Assembly: GCF_964194025.1 (NCBI RefSeq) | Contig: NC_134474.1 | Span: 60,140,001-60,204,000 of the forward strand | DNA from: Convolutriloba macropyga | Taxonomy: Eukaryota | Direction of reading: 5' to 3' | Length of the DNA: 64,000 bases | Shown here: positions 26,371 to 39,109 of the stretch, one piece after another | Position numbering within the stretch: position 1 is the first letter of the stretch | Layout of the letters: each line of letters begins with the position of its first letter | Notes under the pieces: generated by a model | What the model was told of the DNA's origin: nothing | Seen by the model: only the letters and a program-made list of their open reading frames with translations | Databases searched by the model: none | Program-made: the position numbers and the translations under genes

Positions 26371-26734
26371 GCATAACCGACGAACGTCGGAGCGAAGTGC
26401 TCTCAAACGATCGGCAAGCGGCCAAGCAAACGACCGTCAGTAGCTAGCTACGCTTTAGTGGGGGGGGGGGGGGGGGGGGGGGCAATCTTTGAAAACCGCC
26501 CTTCACACCATAAGTATAAGTCTCCAAAACAGTTTCTCTGAATCGAATACTTTGAGACTAGTGAGCTGAAAGGCTAAGAGAACTTAATCACCGCTGGGCG
26601 CTACCTGTTTATCCCGTTTTTGAGGACGAAAAGTCAAATGGGTCAGACGAAAAATCGGTCAAGCAAAAAATCGCATTAAAAAAAGACCAACAGGACTAAT
26701 ATGATTGCTACAAACTTCGCTTGAGAGCAATTAA
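26371..26734 (-). mobile_element. HINE-like family B element
   Basis: ccgacg-aa-cgtcgg hairpin, tgctctcaa...ttgagagca subTIR, poly-G tract, shared ctacctgtttatcccgtttttgaggacgaaaagtc core. Related copies at ~5597-5910, 10179-10646, 46130-46421, 50146-50592 and 55930-56101. Confidence 0.75.
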
Positions 26735-27628
26735 TCAGTGCGCAATTATTTCTCCCTCATCATGGCAAATAAAAAAATTTTCTAAACAATTTTAGCAGAA
26801 ATTTAAGAGCACTGAGAACCCTTTCGATGGCCATTTTAAAAAAGGAGTGGCTGTAGCAAAATGTCATTCAGTTTTTCAATCCGTTGATTTCAACTGCAAG
26901 CAATTTTTCATCACATTGTATTTGAAAAACTCATTGAAAAATCGTTAGCCCAAAATAAAAATATCCGGAAATATTTTCAAGATGAAGCTTTAAGTCAGAA
27001 AAGCCCGACATTAGGTTTAAACAAACGGTGCAACAGTTTGTCAAATCAATCAATTTTTGTTTACTTGACAGTGAAGTATTTAATCTACAGAGGAATAGCT
27101 CGATTCATAAAATTTTGCCTTCAACTCCACCGTCAAAATATTATATTTCCATTTCACAAACGTAACGTGTCGAAGAGAAACTTTATCAAAAAACAACATC
27201 CGTTCCACAACGTCCCTAAAGGTTTAAGTTCATACTTGATTTAAAAAGTCATTATATAACCAGAAGAAAACATATGAACAGTTCTGAGTTATAAGATTTA
27301 GTATTAAGTTTTATAACTCAGAAGACTTGAAAAAGAATTTAATAAAATTTATAAGATTTGCAGAATCTTTAAGATTTACAAAAGATTCTGGGTTAAAAGA
27401 TTTCCTTATAAGTTGATGATCAAATACATATCTGCGCCTGCGATAACCAAATAATACATTTTTATATTTTGATGAATTGCTTTTTACTTGGCGCTTTGTA
27501 TTTATGAGCGGAGTATAAGTTTTGTTACCAATCATCCTTGCTATTTGTCATAATCTTGGGGAAAATTAGAATTAATTTTATATTTCAGCAATGTTTTTTG
27601 ATAATTTCGCCATTGCACGTTTACTAAC

Positions 27629-27729
27629 TTGGCGAGATGTGAATTGTTTGTGATGTGAGCGTTGGATTTAGCTTTGACCTTTTCGCAGAATTCATCGCTC
27701 ATTCTCTGTCGCTTGCTCGCAGGTGCATT
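27629..27729 (-). CDS. PSME3: PA28-gamma exon 4
   Basis: tttttgtttag|NAPASKRQRMSDEFCEKVKAKSNAHITNNSHLA|gttagt. Contains an NLS-like PASKRQR; phase 0/2 fits the next exon. Confidence 0.85.
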
Positions 27730-30335
27730 CTAAACAAAAAATAAAAACAATCAACTTCAGGTCAACATACCGAGCCTTGCATTATAGGCAATCAGGTGTT
27801 CTCTTCTATCGTTTCAAAACAAAAACAAAGTTTGGCCCAACTTGAGTTTTAATAACCACCAAACAAATCCATCAGCTTAACATTCATTTTCTGCTGGTAT
27901 CATAGTTAAACACGCCAAACTCTATTTGAATCTTTCTTTCTTAACGTCCAATCCAATTATCCATATTCACATGCATTTATAAAACTATCATAACTTTAGG
28001 AAAATAATCTCAGTTTCACTCGACTAAAAGGCCAAACAATGAGTGAGTTAACCACCTGATCAGACTAGTTATGACACCATCTAAAAATCTGTCATAATTT
28101 CAGGGTGGGATAAAATCTAAGCCGTCTGCATTTATGAACACATTTCAAATAAACCAAACCGTAAACCCAAAACTCCGCCCCTCAAGTGTAGAAGTAAATG
28201 CTGCCAATCAAAATATTTAAGACGCATTTCCGTGACCTCAGATCGGTAGCAGAATCCCATTTAAGTGAACTGAAGGCTGATACGACTCAAGTAAAGGACA
28301 AACTCCTAATTTCATTTAACAGGCTGACAATTTCAAGTCCAATTAATAGAAGAGGGAGAATAGCAAAGGCACAATATTTAATAAGCTATAGCGGTTTTCA
28401 TAACACTGCCATTTTTAAAATCAGTTTCACTACAAATCATTTCTCTCGAGCTAATAGACAGTTTGAAGTCTAGTTCCTGTTTTTGAAGTCAAAAAGCTCA
28501 ATGAACAAGCTCGTCTCACAGTTAGTCATCACACTGAACTCTATGTCCGCCATTTAGAATGGTTATATAGAACCTCTATTCGTGATTACATTTCTAGAAT
28601 ATCTTCTTTGCAGTCACATTTTGATGCTTTTTTTGATAAACAACAATCGAAATATATTCCGTTTCGAATTATAAAAATCTCGACAATACAGAGCATTTTA
28701 CATTAGGGTGCGACATAAGGTAAGACAAATTTACGTTCATGTACAAGTTTATGTTTATTGGCCTTTTTTGACATAGCAAAATGACAACGCATTATTTAAT
28801 ATGCCCAACATTCATTTGAAATTGTTCGGAAAATGCGTTTGAATGCGTCGAAATTATTGGTCAACAGAAGGTCAAAGTGTGCGTGCATTATATGAAGAAA
28901 TCCCAATAAATTGAAAATACTTTCCAGCAGTAAATTTATTAAATTAAAGTGAAATCTTCTAATAAATAGATTGATTTTTCAGTTGAAAGACAAAATATTT
29001 GAGCATCAAATATTCCGCCTCAAAGGCTCAGGCACTTAGTCTCGTCAAAGCAATGAAAACAAGCATCAAAGGGGGAGGCTTTCGAAGGAGCGGCGCCTGA
29101 ATTAAGGAAAATTTACAGGTCGGAATTGGAACGGACACGCTCTAAGCGGCATCGATTCACCTTAGTGATTTTCTCCATAACTTTTAGCTCCCTGACATTT
29201 GGCCTTTATTTTGCTAATAATATTAACCAGAACAATTTGGCCATACTGTTATGATTTAATTAACTTCAGCTCTGCAAACTGAAGGAATTTATTTAGATGT
29301 TATATTTCCGGAGCCAAAATCAATCATGGTTGTCAAAATTGCTACCTGTAACTCACATACCTCCTCTAACTGCTTTGTGAGGTTGAAAAGTTATAAGCAA
29401 AAAATGTCATGACAATGAAATCTATACACTAAGTAACTTTAAAAATATAAAATAAGTATCTGCTAAAAATCGTTTTGTGAAATGACATTGTTTTAAAAAA
29501 ACCTTTAACTAGACGAGTTGAGAATCCAAAAAAAAAGATTCGCATGTGGTTTGCAAACATAGTTCCTTGTAATAATAAATTGTTTTCTGGTGGCTCCAAT
29601 ATTTTATTTTTCCATAAATCGTAAAACCAGAGAAGTACAAAATGAGAGCGCCAGAGAGATCGCGTTTAGACCGTTCTAGAGCGTCCCATTGTGGAAGTGG
29701 AAAGCTTTCGGTCTCTAATTGCCTTTAGAGACATGGGCGATGACGACATTAAAATAAAGAACTCAGTTTTCAATACGCAAATAAAAATACAAGTTAGGAT
29801 TTTCGGTCCAGCCATCAATAAGCCTGGTTAAGTAATCATTGGACTGCGTGTGTAAAAAGTGTTTCAGCGGGTGTTTGCGTAGTTCGTTACCTTTATCAAT
29901 GATGCTTAATTCAAGCCTAAAAATACATTCATAATCTCAAAAAGACTTCTTACTTTATTCTGCTGTTTTGTTTTTAGGAAATATATTTTTGTGAAAAATT
30001 GCGAAAAAGTTGTTTAATTGACTTGAGTGAGATACAAGCTTGATATATTTAGTTTCCAAAATAAAATTCGTAAGCACCTGATTTATAATTTTGTACATTC
30101 GTACAGATGAAGTTCTTGTGATAATTTCATCATCTTGCACTACGAGTATTGTTTCGTAATCGTTATTCAACGCACTCAATTTATTTTTCCGAGCCACTAT
30201 AAGGGGCGGAACTATACTCCCGTCTGTTTCTTCATAATGTTGTCTAAAACAAGGTTCCACAAACATCAGCTGATTTTACCAATTTGGCTGTTTTTCAATG
30301 TTTAGACAATCATTTGTAGAGATGTTAAAATCGCC

Positions 30336-30695
30336 AAACAAAGCTGGCAGATTGCCAGACAATAGCCGCAATAGCTTCGTAGATCTGCAGTCTCACAAAG
30401 ATTAAAAAAACAATCCAATAAGAAACTTCTTTTTATTAAATGCTGAGATGTCATAATTTGATTAGGAAACTGTTTAACTTATTGCTAAACTTTTTAATTT
30501 TTTAAACTTTTTTTTTTCCTCCACTTCCTGCTTCGGCGTGACTGAAATCATCACTTCACCTTGACTTCAAAAATCAAGAAAATGTGTGAATTGATCCTTA
30601 AAAAAGACAGCGCCCCAATACAATTCAAATTCTTTGAGTTGTAAAAACCAAGATAAGGCCAATAAAAGCCTCGGCTATCGCTTTACGGCTATTAA
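30336..30695 (-). mobile_element. HINE-like A'/C chimeric element
   Basis: ctggca-gat-tgccag+aatagccgc at left; C end immediately followed by ccaagataaggcc...ggctattaa at right. Confidence 0.65.
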
Positions 30696-32055
30696 AAAGA
30701 TGAAAATAATTTATAATTAATGATGAGGGGTTAGTTGAGCCCGTTCTAACTCGTTCTAAAAAATTTCGCTCAATAAATACTTAATTTAGCATTTTGTCTT
30801 AAAAATAGCGCAAAAGCCACTAATTTAGCCAGAGCCACATATTTACTAAATTCCCCTGACAGAATCTAACCAAACCAACTCATGGTTTAATACGTTTTGC
30901 ACTATATAACAAGCGATCATGAGTAACAGATTTGCGATAATTTACATCATTCTTACGCATCTGAAGCGCATTTCATAAATTTTTACTCATTCCAATATTT
31001 CTGTCTGGAACTTTTGCTACATTTCCGCAATTTTAAGCAAAAATACGCTCAGCTTCAAAAATCTACAAAAAAACAAACTTAAAACTACACACAATGTCAA
31101 TCAAAACAGAAAAAAATTCCCAAAATTTTTACCAAATGCTTTATATTTTTCTTCCCTTAATCGAACTTCTATGCTCAGTGCAACTATCGAACACAAAAGA
31201 TCATGTCCAGTCAACAAATTTATAATTGTGCACTCCATTGATCCGAAAAAAAAAGAAAGATGTGATCATTAAATTTAATACAAATTTTCCTTTTTTCTGT
31301 TCAAAAATGCTCAACCTAATTGCAACTGTGCGCACAAAAGACCATGTCAGATTATTTACTCAAAGCCTTACAAGTTTAGGATTCTAATATGCAAACGCGA
31401 CATTCAAATAATTAGAAAACAGAAAAAAAAAGTTATAACGAAAGATGTATTCCTTATTGTTGTCCGACTACTTGTCTTAATAGGAAATTTAGACAAAATA
31501 AGTCAAATTATTAACTCGAACTCTGCAGTTTGCTTTTTATTGTTTCAGCTAGAAGAAATTAGCAACTTTTAATTTAAAAAACCGTAGCCGGCAGATTGCC
31601 AGAAAATAGCTGTGATAGCTTTGCAGACGGATAGCCCCAAAATACCAATATTGAGACCTTCAAAAAATAAGCACAAAAACAACAAAGAGTTTTTCCACTA
31701 GCTGTTGTGGTTTACGTAAAAGGATTAGACTTACGTGAAATTTAAGCTGCCGTGAAATAACTATAAAATAGATTGATAACTCCTTAATTATCTTCAACTT
31801 TTGCAATTAATGTATCAGAGTTCATTTTGAGTCTTTGTCACAATTCAGTCAAAAGATTGCACAACAAAAACTGATGAAGTGAGAGTGAAGTAGCAAATCG
31901 CAACAAAGCAGTTGACAACATTTAAAACCAACAAAGAAGGCCAAAAGAGAATGCCAATAAAAACTGCTACGTTACAACAACTTTGGGAAAAATGACAAAG
32001 GCTGCCCTTTTCTCTTTCTGTCGAATCTCACTATGTGAAGTTAACCACACAAACT

Positions 32056-32966
32056 AAACATACCCGGCAGATTGCCGGAAAATAGCCGCCGTTGATTCCC
32101 ATAACTCTATTGGTATTGAAAGAAAAGAAAATAACAACAAAATTGTTTTTTGTATAAAAACATTTTTAAGTGCGATTTATTTGGATGTCATTTCGTAATT
32201 CAACATACTCCTGTCTCTCAGTGAGAGGCCACAGGGTCTAGTATCAAAACCAATAAGCATCATAGATAGTAACTAAAACTTATGAGAACAAAGTTCAAGT
32301 ACCGGGCATCTAAAAATGGGCTTTATGGGTTTAACCCGTTTCTATTACTTTGTTTTTTTTATACTGACTCTCTCCATTTTGAATTGCTTTGCTGAGCAGC
32401 TGCTGCTTTAAAGGACTTTGAGCAGAATGACAGAAGAATGAAACTAGCCTAGAGAAGTCAAAAAGATTTCACGCAAAATGTCGAAAAAGCGGCAAAATGG
32501 GTAAAGCGAAAAAAAGTTCGACGAAGTAAAAAAACATAGCAGGACAAGTCCTGACGTACAATTCAAAGAATTTTCATTGACTAAAAAAATTAGACCTAAA
32601 ACGGACTATGAATGGATTGGAAAAACCATTTAGAAAAAAATCCTATCCAAAAAATCGAAAAAAGAGTAAAAATCAAAGTGAAATTGCCGCATGTGAACAA
32701 AAAACCACTAGCGAGAAAGCGAATTTTTGTTCAAACACCGTTTTCTCACTCCACTTTAAATTTAGAGCGAGAAAATTTCACGCCGCAAAACCGTTTCCTG
32801 TTTCGGCGTGACCGAAATCACTACTCCAATTTGACTTCAAAAATCATGAAAATGTGTGAACAGATCTTAAAAAAAAAGACAGCGCCCCAATACAATTCAA
32901 ATTCTTTGAATTGTAAAAATTAGGAGCGCTATAATAGCCGGCTGAGAAGATGAGGGCAGCTATTAA
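32056..32966 (-). mobile_element. HINE-like family A element with nested family-C element (~32532-32916)
   Basis: Hairpin ccggca-gat-tgccgg plus aatagccgcc at left, ggagcgctataatagcc...gctattaa at right. Inner element is bounded by caggac-aa-gtcctg+tacaattcaaag and tacaattcaaa-ttc-tttgaattgta. Confidence 0.8.
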
Positions 32967-33963
32967 TGAGAAGACGTCTATAAACTTTACCAAACTTTAC
33001 AGAAAGTTATTATTCAGTCCAAACGTTCTAATCTGGTTCTGATATGGGAAAAACATGACATTCATTTAAATAAACCATCTTTTTTGAAACTTGGTTTGAA
33101 GTCATCAAAAGTTTTGCGGACTCAAACAAATTTTTTGATTAAAAAATCCATGTAGCTTTCCGCTGTTGACATTTGTCAGTCATTACAACCAAGTGCTTAC
33201 GAAAATAAAATTAAACACGCCATTTTCCATTTTATTTAATTGTGAGTTCTCTTTGTCGTTGTTATGTTTTTCTTATGTTTCCTTAGAATGTAGCGAGTGT
33301 AGCACTGAAGAATGGACAACTTCGAATATAATTTATTGAATGACAAATTCACGGATTCAGGGAATATTTTACAAAGTGGAAAAATTCTTTGGCAATTGAA
33401 TTCGGTTCAGGATCATACGGTTAAATTCCCCTTATGCTTTTGTTCCGACAAACGTTGCAAGTTTTTAATGAACAGTTTTGATTTCTTGAAATCCTTCAAA
33501 AAATTTGTTGTAAGTTTTGGCAGAAGACATGAAACACTAAAGCCTATCTATCAAATTTTACAAAAAAATCAAACGGTGGATAAATTTTTTCGTTTCAGGG
33601 GTGAGGAACATTTAGGCCGCAACTTTATGTATTGTCCAAATGTACATTATCGAACCTTCTTGTTACTGTAATATGCAAATTTACTATCGTAAATATTAAC
33701 GATGAAATATTTACTATCGTAAGCTAAAAGACATTGGTCTTAATTACTGTAGATCTTAAGATCTTGGAGAAAAATTCTACAAGACGATTCATAGTCTTGC
33801 AAGATACCTGCAGAATCTTGCAGGTTAGTCAAAAATAAAGACACAGTAGTTAAATAATTTTACTGCAATATAACAAGTACGAAGTGTCACAAGCGATATT
33901 GAAAAGCAAATAAGTTTCTCACAAGACCTAAAAAGCCAACAACCTGTTGACCGGAAAAATTAC

Positions 33964-34128
33964 CTCGCTTGCATCTCCCTGACCGTCAACTGAGGGGTCG
34001 ATCCCATTCACTTGCTGATGACCATTTGATTCGATTTTCTGTGTTTCTGCTGAGGATATTAAAAGTGACCCGGCCGGAGGTAGACTGCTAACAATTTGAC
34101 TGTAGTCATTAATTTGCCACAGCTCGCT
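33964..34128 (-). CDS. PSME3: PA28-gamma exon 3
   Basis: ttttag|SELWQINDYSQIVSSLPPAGSLLI...DASE|gtaatt; 165 nt, phase 0/0; start of the homolog-specific insert. Confidence 0.85.
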
Positions 34129-34540
34129 CTAAAAGTTAAAAAGTTTGGATCATATAAAGCTCGCTAGCTTCTCGAACAATTTGTTTAATTAGTTGAAGAC
34201 CAGTTTACTGGTCTATTTTCCCTCACACTGAAAAACACGCAGGTCTAAACACTATATATGTCTAAGTTCAGTGCATTTCATGCCGATGGTTTTGAAACTG
34301 AGCCCACTCTTATAATTTTGGGCAGATTAGAGAATTTTGACATGAAGAGAAATGTTTCGTTACTTCTTTATTTATCAAAATAATAATCAACATAATACTC
34401 TGTTTCTGAATGCCTTGCACAATGCCAAAACACGAACAAAATGGCATTCTGTATAACATTCTTAATATTTCAAATAACTGTTTTCATGGTTCCTTCAAAC
34501 GTGATCTGAAGAAGAAGACTTGAGTCTCAGACCAACTAAC

Positions 34541-34636
34541 TTTTAGCAGGTCACGTAGTTTGGCAATGTTCTGAGGAAACTTCTTGTAAATGAGATCTTC
34601 TGCCTTCTTTGAAATGTCTTTCTTCAGTGTTTCTAC
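34541..34636 (-). CDS. PSME3: PA28-gamma exon 2
   Basis: ttttgttttgcag|VETLKKDISKKAEDLIYKKFPQNIAKLRDLLK|gttagt; matches the PA28 N-terminal AEDL...FP helix. Confidence 0.9.
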
Positions 34637-35188
34637 CTGCAAAACAAAAAAGGCCAATTTAAGCGCTTCCAAAATGACAGTTGTTTTGGATTAAAAAAAA
34701 CAGTAATCACAGAATCAAAATATAGATAGACAAGACAATTCGATATACCCAATGGGTGTAGAGCTTATTATCAACTATATCAAATAGCGATCATATAATT
34801 TTATATATAACTCGTATATAAACACAATAGGTAATTGTTGATTGTTGCTAACGGCGTTGTTGCAATAATATCCAGAATCTGCTTTTTCACATGAACCTTT
34901 AAAGTCAAGACTTGAAGACTTTGCACTCGCCATTATACTCAAATTACGTTCTTTAGGCATAACACTTGATTTTTGCCTAAAGACACTTGATTTTGCATAA
35001 CACTTGATTTTTGCCAAACTAACGAGATCTACATTTGACAATTTAAAAGCACCCCCCCCCCCCCCCAACAGACCTTAAAGATACACATATGTAACTTGAA
35101 AGTGGGGTACCAAAATATTTCTGATTTAATTATACGCTGATAAAGTTCAGTTTTAAAAATGAGAGATAAAAAGGTGAGAGGTGAAGTT

Positions 35189-35294
35189 AACGGATCATAT
35201 CACTGTCGTAATTATTTGAAAATAATTACGACAGTGATATGATCCGTTGAAAATAATCATATCACTGTCGTAATCATATCACTGTCGTAATTAT
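35189..35294. repeat. perfect 29-bp-arm palindrome plus tandem 17-mer copies
   Basis: aacggatcatatcactgtcgtaattattt-ga-aaataattacgacagtgatatgatccgtt, followed by two more atcatatcactgtcgta units. Confidence 0.95.
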
Positions 35295-35384
35295 ACGTCA
35301 ATAGATTATTTGAAAAGAGCATAATTGAAAAGATTTCCAATGATTATTACTGATTACCACATGAAACGTACTAAAAACGCTTAC

Positions 35385-35417
35385 CGGTGCTGCTGCTGCT
35401 GGATCTGTAGGAGGCAT
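35385..35417 (-). CDS. PSME3: PA28-gamma (proteasome activator subunit 3), probable first coding exon
   Basis: ttttcgtttcag acceptor 8 nt before the ATG; MPPTDPAAAAP; donor CCG|gtaagc, phase 0. Confidence 0.65.
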
Positions 35418-35502
35418 ATTAAGCCCTGAAACGAAAAAGTTACATGGTATATAGTTACTTGGCAACTTTAAGCTGCGGTATCAGAAGTCAGAATTTGGAC
35501 TA

Positions 35503-36160
35503 AAAACATGGCCAATATGAGAATAACTCATTGCTTCAAGAATAGGCAAGAATCGAAAAAAAATCCGATAACGCTGCAACCAATTATAAATATCCCATAA
35601 AGCTGCAATCAATTTGTAAACTTGAAAATAGAATGATGAAATCTCATAGCCAAGTTGTAGCTCATGAAGTGAAGATTTTAAACTTACAATTGGCTTCTTG
35701 GGATAGTACAACACTTCATTTAATAGAGTGTTATAGACCAAGCGGCAGGCCGGTAATGTGCATTTTCACATGATGAACCAACCCCGCTAATCCACATTTC
35801 GACTTTTTTGTCCCCGAAGTGAGGAAGAGAGGAAACGTTCAAAAATTCACATGGCGTATGGAGAGCAATTGGCGTATGAGCAAAACAAATCAATAAAAAT
35901 AATGCCGCATTAGAGAACTCATAAGACCTGCCATTGATGAGACTACGAAACGAGATAGATAACATAACTTGTACTTCACTAAAAAGCAGATGGAATCCTT
36001 TTTTACCTACTCTATCCTTAATAAGAGTAGGTAATATTCGATTTAAATGAATGACAATATTAAAAAAACGTTGCATTTTTAGAAACCAGATAACATCAAA
36101 ATTGAAAAAAAAACATCAATTTTTATTAAAGGGGCTGTGTGAAAAGACGACAAAAAGAAC
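35503..36160. repeat. ~660-bp local duplication; second copy (37260-37294 + 44082-44692) is split by the LTR element
   Basis: aaaacatggccaatatgagaataactcattgc...aaggggctgtgtgaaaagacgacaaaaagaac is collinear in both copies. Confidence 0.9.
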
Positions 36161-37294
36161 AACAAATAATGTTCAGTATCAAACACTCATAAAACTTTCA
36201 GAACCCCAAAGTGTCAAAGACATAAAAGCGTCGCTTAAAAAACAAAACCAGTAGATATTAATGTCTGCCTCACAAGACATTGGATATATTAGTAACAAAA
36301 CCAAGTTACAAATAGACACCAAGAAAAACAAAACCGACAAAATTTAAAATTACATTCATGTTACAAAACAAATAAACTCCAAGCTATCAGCAGATCTAGG
36401 TACAGAAAAAAGAGAAGATAATTAGGTTCACTGGTACCTCCAGAGGAAGCTATTTTGAGCTGTCATTATTCAAACGATGTCATACGACACCAAACAGAAC
36501 ATCAAACAAAGGCAAAAATCGAAAATTAAATTAAAATTTGCGAGAAAAATGTGAAAAGCGAGAATACCGTAAGCAATTCACTAAACACATTATAAATTAT
36601 TTCCAATTGGGACACCTTCCAACACCATTGCGACCTTTCATTTGAGATAATTCAACAAGAGACCAAAAAGAACCACAAATATGTGTCAATTATCAAAAAA
36701 ATTATGAAAACGAGCTTCGAAGTCAAAGAACCTTTAGTTAAGACAAAAACAACTACAAATATTAGCTTTGTTTTCAATTGAAAATGAATCCAACCTGTCG
36801 CTAATGAGAGTAAGTTCAAGTTGAAAGTTGACAGAAAAATTGAAAGATGGTCGATAACTCACTGATATCTTTGATATTTTATGAAAATCCATTAAAAGTA
36901 ATCAGAGCCGTTAGTTAACAACTGAAAGACTTAGATAATATCGAGAACCCTTCTTTAGACAGCCGAATGTATCTTCCTTTAATCAGGACACATCATAAGC
37001 GAAAGATATAGAACAACAAATGAAGGCAAAATAAAAATTTGTCAAAAGTTTACGAAAAGATTGCCCGACCCATGAAAACGATTACGCTTTCTCTGAAAAT
37101 ATAATATTCGCTCATTAGGCGCCATTTAAACGCAATTGAGATCTCTCATTAACTAAACCTCTGTAGAAAAAGTGAATGATTTGCAGTTGTCTTCAAAAAC
37201 AGAGAATTGATCTTTCCTTGAATGGTTTGCAGTTGTCTTCAAAAACAGAAAATTGATTAAAAACATGACCAATATGAGAATAACTCATTGCTAC

Positions 37295-37658
37295 TGTGGT
37301 GAAAGAGAAAACGCAATAACGATGAGTTCGTTAATTCCAATTGGAGCGATGAATACTATTTCAAAGACACGAAAAGGCAGAACTGCACTTTTGCATTGTT
37401 GCGCATTTGCGCTATATATAGTGCTAGACAGACACCTGTCAGATCAACGTTAACACTTTCATTACATACTGCGATGCGTATTCAGTAACATACAGATAAA
37501 CCGAAAGTAATATAGCTTCACTGCATTCAAGTACTACACTTTAACAGGAGTATATATATATATATCATATAGTTTATCAGTGTTTATAAATACTACTTTT
37601 AGGAAACTTGGTTGTCAGTTTGTTATCTCCATTTGGAGATAGGTACCCTGGTACCACA
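37295..37658 (-). repeat. 3' LTR (364 bp)
   Basis: Direct repeat of 43725-44081, preceded on the minus strand by the G-rich tract GGTGGTTGGGGGAT (PPT-like, 37659-37672). Confidence 0.96.
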
Positions 37659-37682
37659 ATCCCCCAACCACCGCGAAGAATT

Positions 37683-39109
37683 TCACTTGTGTAATTCTTC
37701 CTCATAAAAATCCTCGGGCTTGATGTCCAAAATCGAGATCTTCCCCGGGGACGTTGCTGCCATGTAATGTTCTTCATTACGATCGTTTTCTGCTTCCTTA
37801 CATTCTTTAGACCTTGTTTGCTCGTTTTCGTTTTGTGTCTTGGAGTTAGATGTTAACGCTAACTCATCTGCTTTTTCAGTCTCTTTCGATCCGCATTGTT
37901 CTTTATTCTCCTGCGTTGTAGTTCCATCTGGAATTGCTATGTTCAGTATTGGTGAACTACTTAATGTCGGTGTTGATTTCAATTTATGTATCTTTTGGAC
38001 TGCTTTATCAATCTTTGGTGTCGATATCGTTGACACAAATTTTTGGTGTATTTCGGGGCTGTTTGGCGACGTGACCATGAAGTCGTATTTATTGTCTGAC
38101 GTGAATATCTTTATGGGGCTGCTCTGTGTTGAATCTGATAGTGTAATGACTTCGACATTTGGTGACTTTAGCATTTCCTTTTCGTCTATCTGTATAAAAG
38201 ATCTGTTTTGTTGCTTCTCCAAGTGGATCTTTGATTGTTGGAGTGCTGCTGCACGGGATTCTGCAAGGAATGTGTCGTTTGGGTTTTGTTTACCCTTTGG
38301 TTTTCCGGCGTTTTTCTGATGAGTGTCTTTTTGAGGCATAGTGTGTTTTCTGTTTCTACGTGGTGATAGTTGTTGATTCTCGTGTTGTTTTCTTGGTTGT
38401 TGTTTCTTCACCGTTGTTTCCCGTCTTTGGTTGTTTCTTCGTTTCTGCTGTTGTACTTTTTTATTTTTCTTGGCGATGGATACCAATTGTTCGTGAGTAT
38501 ACAAGTTGTTTTCTCCGCCTGGAGTGTTGGTTGCTGAAGTACTTGGTCCTTGGGTCATTTGTTGTTGTCTTTGTTTCATTTGTCTCTTCTCTTCTAAACA
38601 GAATTGTTTTATCTTTTCTTTGTCATTGATTTGCATGCTACCATATGTATTAATCTTTTTGGTGGTGATAACTGTCTTTGTTGTGAGGTAAGTGGTTGTG
38701 TCACTATTGCAAGGTCGTTTTTCCTAATAACTGTGTTTTTTCTGTTATCGGTGTTAAGTGTGATTGTGTGTGGTGAGTAGTTTGTGATTGTGCCGTTTTC
38801 GATTATGTTCCATTGTGGTTTTAATGTTCCACGTGGTTCTGATTCTTTGCGTGCTATAGTTTTTCGTGCTATTTGTTTTCTACCATATATTAGTGTTGAT
38901 GTTTTATCTCCGAATGTGATCTCAAGTTTTGATGGTATAATCTTACCCGGGGTGCGCGTGGGGCTAAGCAGCGGCGCATTCTCGGAGTCGTCGCTTTCGG
39001 AGGTGATGTTGTTTCCAGATCTTGCTTCTTTCTGTGCTTCTTCCCTATATTGGATGTTCAATTCCGGTTCCGAATCCTGCTCCATGTCCCAAATGGTCGC
39101 AGGTGACAA
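37683..39109 (-). pseudogene. long low-complexity extension/ORF after integrase
   Basis: Two overlapping ORFs (166 aa and 317 aa) continue from the integrase to within ~25 nt of the 3' LTR. Q/K/N/S/T-rich, with no obvious signal peptide or TM segment. Confidence 0.65.

Noticed and set aside
26459-26482. Poly-G tract as a functional G-quadruplex
   Set aside because: A variable homopolymer within family-B elements (also near 10421); its length is not conserved.
34775-35068. ORF containing MASAKSSSLDFK as an alternative PSME3 first exon
   Set aside because: No convincing in-phase donor; the ORF begins in a homopolymer and crosses a tandem repeat.
17195-35430. Operon or SL trans-splicing, suggested by acceptors 8-10 nt before the PSME3 and KDM7 ATGs and by the co-oriented genes
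   Set aside because: Plausible cis donors exist upstream of both (35687 and 17404); nothing in the sequence requires trans-splicing.
35835-35890. Sm-site-like AATTTTTG on the minus strand, suggesting an snRNA or SL RNA
   Set aside because: The motif is common in AT-rich DNA, and no recognisable U-snRNA or SL sequence or structure surrounds it.
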